In this document: piece by piece, positions 28,549 to 31,087 of the stretch | Numbering within the stretch: position 1 is the stretch's first letter | Layout of the letters: each line of letters opens with the position of its first letter | IMG/VR virus record: IMGVR_UViG_3300022937_000093 | Coordinates: 1 to 31,087 of that record | From: a virus | Lineage: Duplodnaviria; Caudoviricetes | Direction: 5' to 3' (one strand) | DNA: 31,087 bases | Made by a program: the position numbers and the translations under genes | The notes under the pieces: generated by a model | Databases searched by the model: none | What the model saw: only the letters and a program-made list of their open reading frames with translations | Told to the model about the DNA's origin: nothing

Positions 28549-28585
28549 TTCTTGCATAAAGCAATAATATACTTAGAGGAACAAC

Positions 28586-29764
28586 ATGAGCAAAACTAGA
28601 TCTACAGCCTTTTTTATCAACGGAGGAGCAGGCCGCGTAATAGCCAGTATTCCTGCGTTAGAACTATTTAGAAAAGAAAACCCCGACGATGATTTTATCA
28701 TTGTTTGTGAAGGGGGAACCGAGTTTTATAAAGGTCATCTAGACCTAGATAAACGTGCATACGATGTATGGCACAAAAATTTATTCCAAGAAAAAATTAA
28801 AGATAGAAATTGTATAAGTCCTGAACCTTATAGAATTTGGGATTATTACAATCAAAAAGCAAGTTTAGCACAAGCATTTGATATTCAAATTAACAATCTA
28901 AGTGAACCAAGAGAATTGCCTAAGCCTACTTTAAAATTAAGTAGAGAAGAAGTACTAAACGGTGAAATTACCCTTAATGAAGTAAAACAAATTACTGGCA
29001 AAGATAAAGTTATTGTTATTCAACCATTCGGAAGAGGAATTAGTTATCGTGATGGTGTGTTTAATGATAGTACTTCAAGAAGTATTGAATATGAAGATCT
29101 AGTTTCTATTATTAAAAAATTACACGATAAAGATCATGCTGTTATGATTATGGCCGAAATGCAAATTGATTTTAGTACACACGACATTAAAGTTCCGATC
29201 CCTACACCAACCGGAATTACATTACGTCAATGGGCGGGATTAATTAGAGGTTGTGATTATTTTATTGGGTGTGATAGTGTTGGACAACATATTGCAGATT
29301 CAGTAGGTACTGCGGCTACGGTAATTACGGGATCAACAGATCCGATTAATATTTCTCATCCTGAAAATAAAAAGTTTACAATTATTGACATGGGATCAAC
29401 TGACAGAGAATATGCTCCTATTAGAATTACTCCAGATGAGATGTGTGATAGACTTAATGACGGATTAATGAAAATGGAAACTTCTGATATTGATAAAGTT
29501 ATCAAAAGTGTTCAATTAGGTTTAAAAAATTACGGAAAAGAATCAGCAATTAAAGTAAAAGCAAAATTAAAAGATGAAGGACAACAACCACAAGGTGAAG
29601 TTTGTCCAGTACACGGTGTAGTACATGATCATGGACACGTACATCAAATGCAAACACCAATGCCAGCAACACCACAAGGCGGAACAATGCCAGGCGGAAC
29701 TGCAATGAGTTCGCAATTTGGCGTTGTACCTCCATATATGCAACAAAAAGAAACTAAGGAGTAA
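28586..29764 (+). CDS. Glycosyltransferase, GT9 (heptosyltransferase)-like GT-B fold
   Basis: N-terminal GGAGRVIASIPAL, IVIQPFG and LRQWAGLIRGCDYFIGCDSVGQHIA match the GT9 L....ALI...D.FIG.DSG..H.A motif; GAGG RBS. Confidence 0.78.
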   Translation: MSKTRSTAFFINGGAGRVIASIPALELFRKENPDDDFIIVCEGGTEFYKGHLDLDKRAYDVWHKNLFQEKIKDRNCISPEPYRIWDYYNQKASLAQAFDIQINNLSEPRELPKPTLKLSREEVLNGEITLNEVKQITGKDKVIVIQPFGRGISYRDGVFNDSTSRSIEYEDLVSIIKKLHDKDHAVMIMAEMQIDFSTHDIKVPIPTPTGITLRQWAGLIRGCDYFIGCDSVGQHIADSVGTAATVITGSTDPINISHPENKKFTIIDMGSTDREYAPIRITPDEMCDRLNDGLMKMETSDIDKVIKSVQLGLKNYGKESAIKVKAKLKDEGQQPQGEVCPVHGVVHDHGHVHQMQTPMPATPQGGTMPGGTAMSSQFGVVPPYMQQKETKE

Positions 29765-29769
29765 AATAT

Positions 29770-31087
29770 ATGAGTGAAAAGAAACCAGTTTGGATTGCAG
29801 GTATTGCTAGAGGACATAATTCAGGTGTTTGTTTACTCAAAGATGGCAAGGTAGTTTTCTCTGTAGAAGAAGAAAGACTATCAAGGCAGAAGTACGACGG
29901 CGGACCGTTTGCGTCAATGATTAAAATTTTAGATTATACAGATAAAATTGATTATTTGGTTGTTGCACATACTCAAAGTTTACAAGAAACTGCTCCAAGA
30001 GTTGATTATACCGGTGACGATGTTTATACAGGCATGGCACGTAAATTAGGATTAATTAGTAGAAAAGATAATCCATACGGACATAGTCAAGTAATTGATA
30101 TGAGTTTTGTACATCACAAGTTACATGCCGCCGCGGCATTTTATCGTTCTGGTTTTGAAAAGGCTGTTGCTGTAATTGTTGACGGTGCAGGAACATTTAT
30201 CCCTTTACAATTTGGCGGTGAACATATTACTGGATGGGAAACAGAAACTATTTTTACATGTGACTATCCTGGAACTTTTAAAACAATTTACAAACACATT
30301 GGAGTACAAAAACCAAGCGTTCATGTAAGCAATCCTACTTTTGATAGTAGTATGTATAACGAAGATGGTACACATCATTGTGTTATTACCGACGGTGCTG
30401 GTATTACTAAAGTTTATGAAGCGGTAACAGAATACTGCGGATTTAGTTCTATTGAAGCAGGCAAGACTATGGGACTATTTCCATATGGTAAAGAGAATTT
30501 AGATATTCCACCGTTATTTAGATACGGCGAAGCGAAGCATCCTACTGCAAATAGAAATTTAATTATTCCTAATTATCCTAATGGTGCTATTGTTAACGCA
30601 CTTGCATATGACTTCCTTGAAACAAATGTAGAAGAAAGCAAATATACGGTAACAAATGATGGCGGACCTGACAGAACTAGATTACAAAATAGAAGAGATC
30701 TAGCGTATGCTTGTCAAATTCAAACACAAAACCAAGTTGCTGACCTAATTAGAAAAGCAGTACAAATGTCAGGTGAAAAAAATGTAGTAGTTAGTGGCGG
30801 CTATGGTTTAAATTGCGTTGCTAATTATCATTATCTTGAAGAACTAAAGGATGAAGGTATTAATTTATATGTAGAACCTATTTCTAATGATGCAGGCACA
30901 GCAATGGGTGCGGCAATGATGATTTCTAGAAGTATTAGTCAAGACATGACTATCGATCATAGTTTAAAACATTCATTATATCTAGGACCAAAACATGAAT
31001 ATACTGATGCGTCAATTCAAGAGCATGTTGATAGGTATAATGGAACAATTGAAGATGCTGACTATAACAAGGTAGCAGACTTAATTG
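29770..31087 (+). CDS. Carbamoyltransferase, NodU/CmcH/TobZ family (3' truncated; absent from the ORF track)
   Basis: MSEKKPVWIAGIARGHNSGVCLLKDGKVVFSVEEERLSRQKYDG...HHKLHAAAAFYRSGF...IVDGAG...EAGKTMGL.PYG...SGGYGLNCVAN...PISNDAGTAMGAA...YLGP; AAGGAG RBS; open to the window end. Confidence 0.92.
   Translation, partial: MSEKKPVWIAGIARGHNSGVCLLKDGKVVFSVEEERLSRQKYDGGPFASMIKILDYTDKIDYLVVAHTQSLQETAPRVDYTGDDVYTGMARKLGLISRKDNPYGHSQVIDMSFVHHKLHAAAAFYRSGFEKAVAVIVDGAGTFIPLQFGGEHITGWETETIFTCDYPGTFKTIYKHIGVQKPSVHVSNPTFDSSMYNEDGTHHCVITDGAGITKVYEAVTEYCGFSSIEAGKTMGLFPYGKENLDIPPLFRYGEAKHPTANRNLIIPNYPNGAIVNALAYDFLETNVEESKYTVTNDGGPDRTRLQNRRDLAYACQIQTQNQVADLIRKAVQMSGEKNVVVSGGYGLNCVANYHYLEELKDEGINLYVEPISNDAGTAMGAAMMISRSISQDMTIDHSLKHSLYLGPKHEYTDASIQEHVDRYNGTIEDADYNKVADLI

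Noticed and set aside
470-29735. Minus-strand and alternate-frame ORFs in the track
   Set aside because: All are shadows of longer + strand genes, with no RBS or recognisable motifs.
1-31087. Stop-codon reassignment, CRISPR array, intron or intein
   Set aside because: Genes are long and contiguous under code 11, with TAA/TAG used as real stops. No spaced direct repeats, splice-type interruptions or intein motifs were seen.

Overview
A 31 kb late (virion structural) region of an AT-rich, T4-related large myovirus-like phage. All credible genes are on the + strand. Gene order: prohead protease (gp21-like, 5' truncated), scaffold (gp22-like), major capsid protein (gp23-like), terminator, a late-promoter-driven structured RNA ending in an atypical tRNA, several small and giant baseplate/fibre-like proteins (1225, 2171 and 2172 aa), three paralogous very Cys-rich Gly-rich proteins, two paralogous assembly-chaperone-like proteins, a GT9-like glycosyltransferase, and a NodU/CmcH-type carbamoyltransferase (3' truncated). 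The most striking signal is the tRNA at 3239-3316. It has an Arg anticodon (CCG) but an alanine-type acceptor stem (G3:U70, A73) and no A20. Its 5' leader carries a 17-nt antisense copy of its own anticodon arm. By manual count, the only three in-frame CGG codons in the window sit one each in the three Cys-rich paralogues. Together these suggest a regulated, gene-specific CGG decoding or recoding system (inference). The window also appears to avoid AGCT, GCWGC and ACWGT. All calls are from reading the sequence by eye; no database searches were run.
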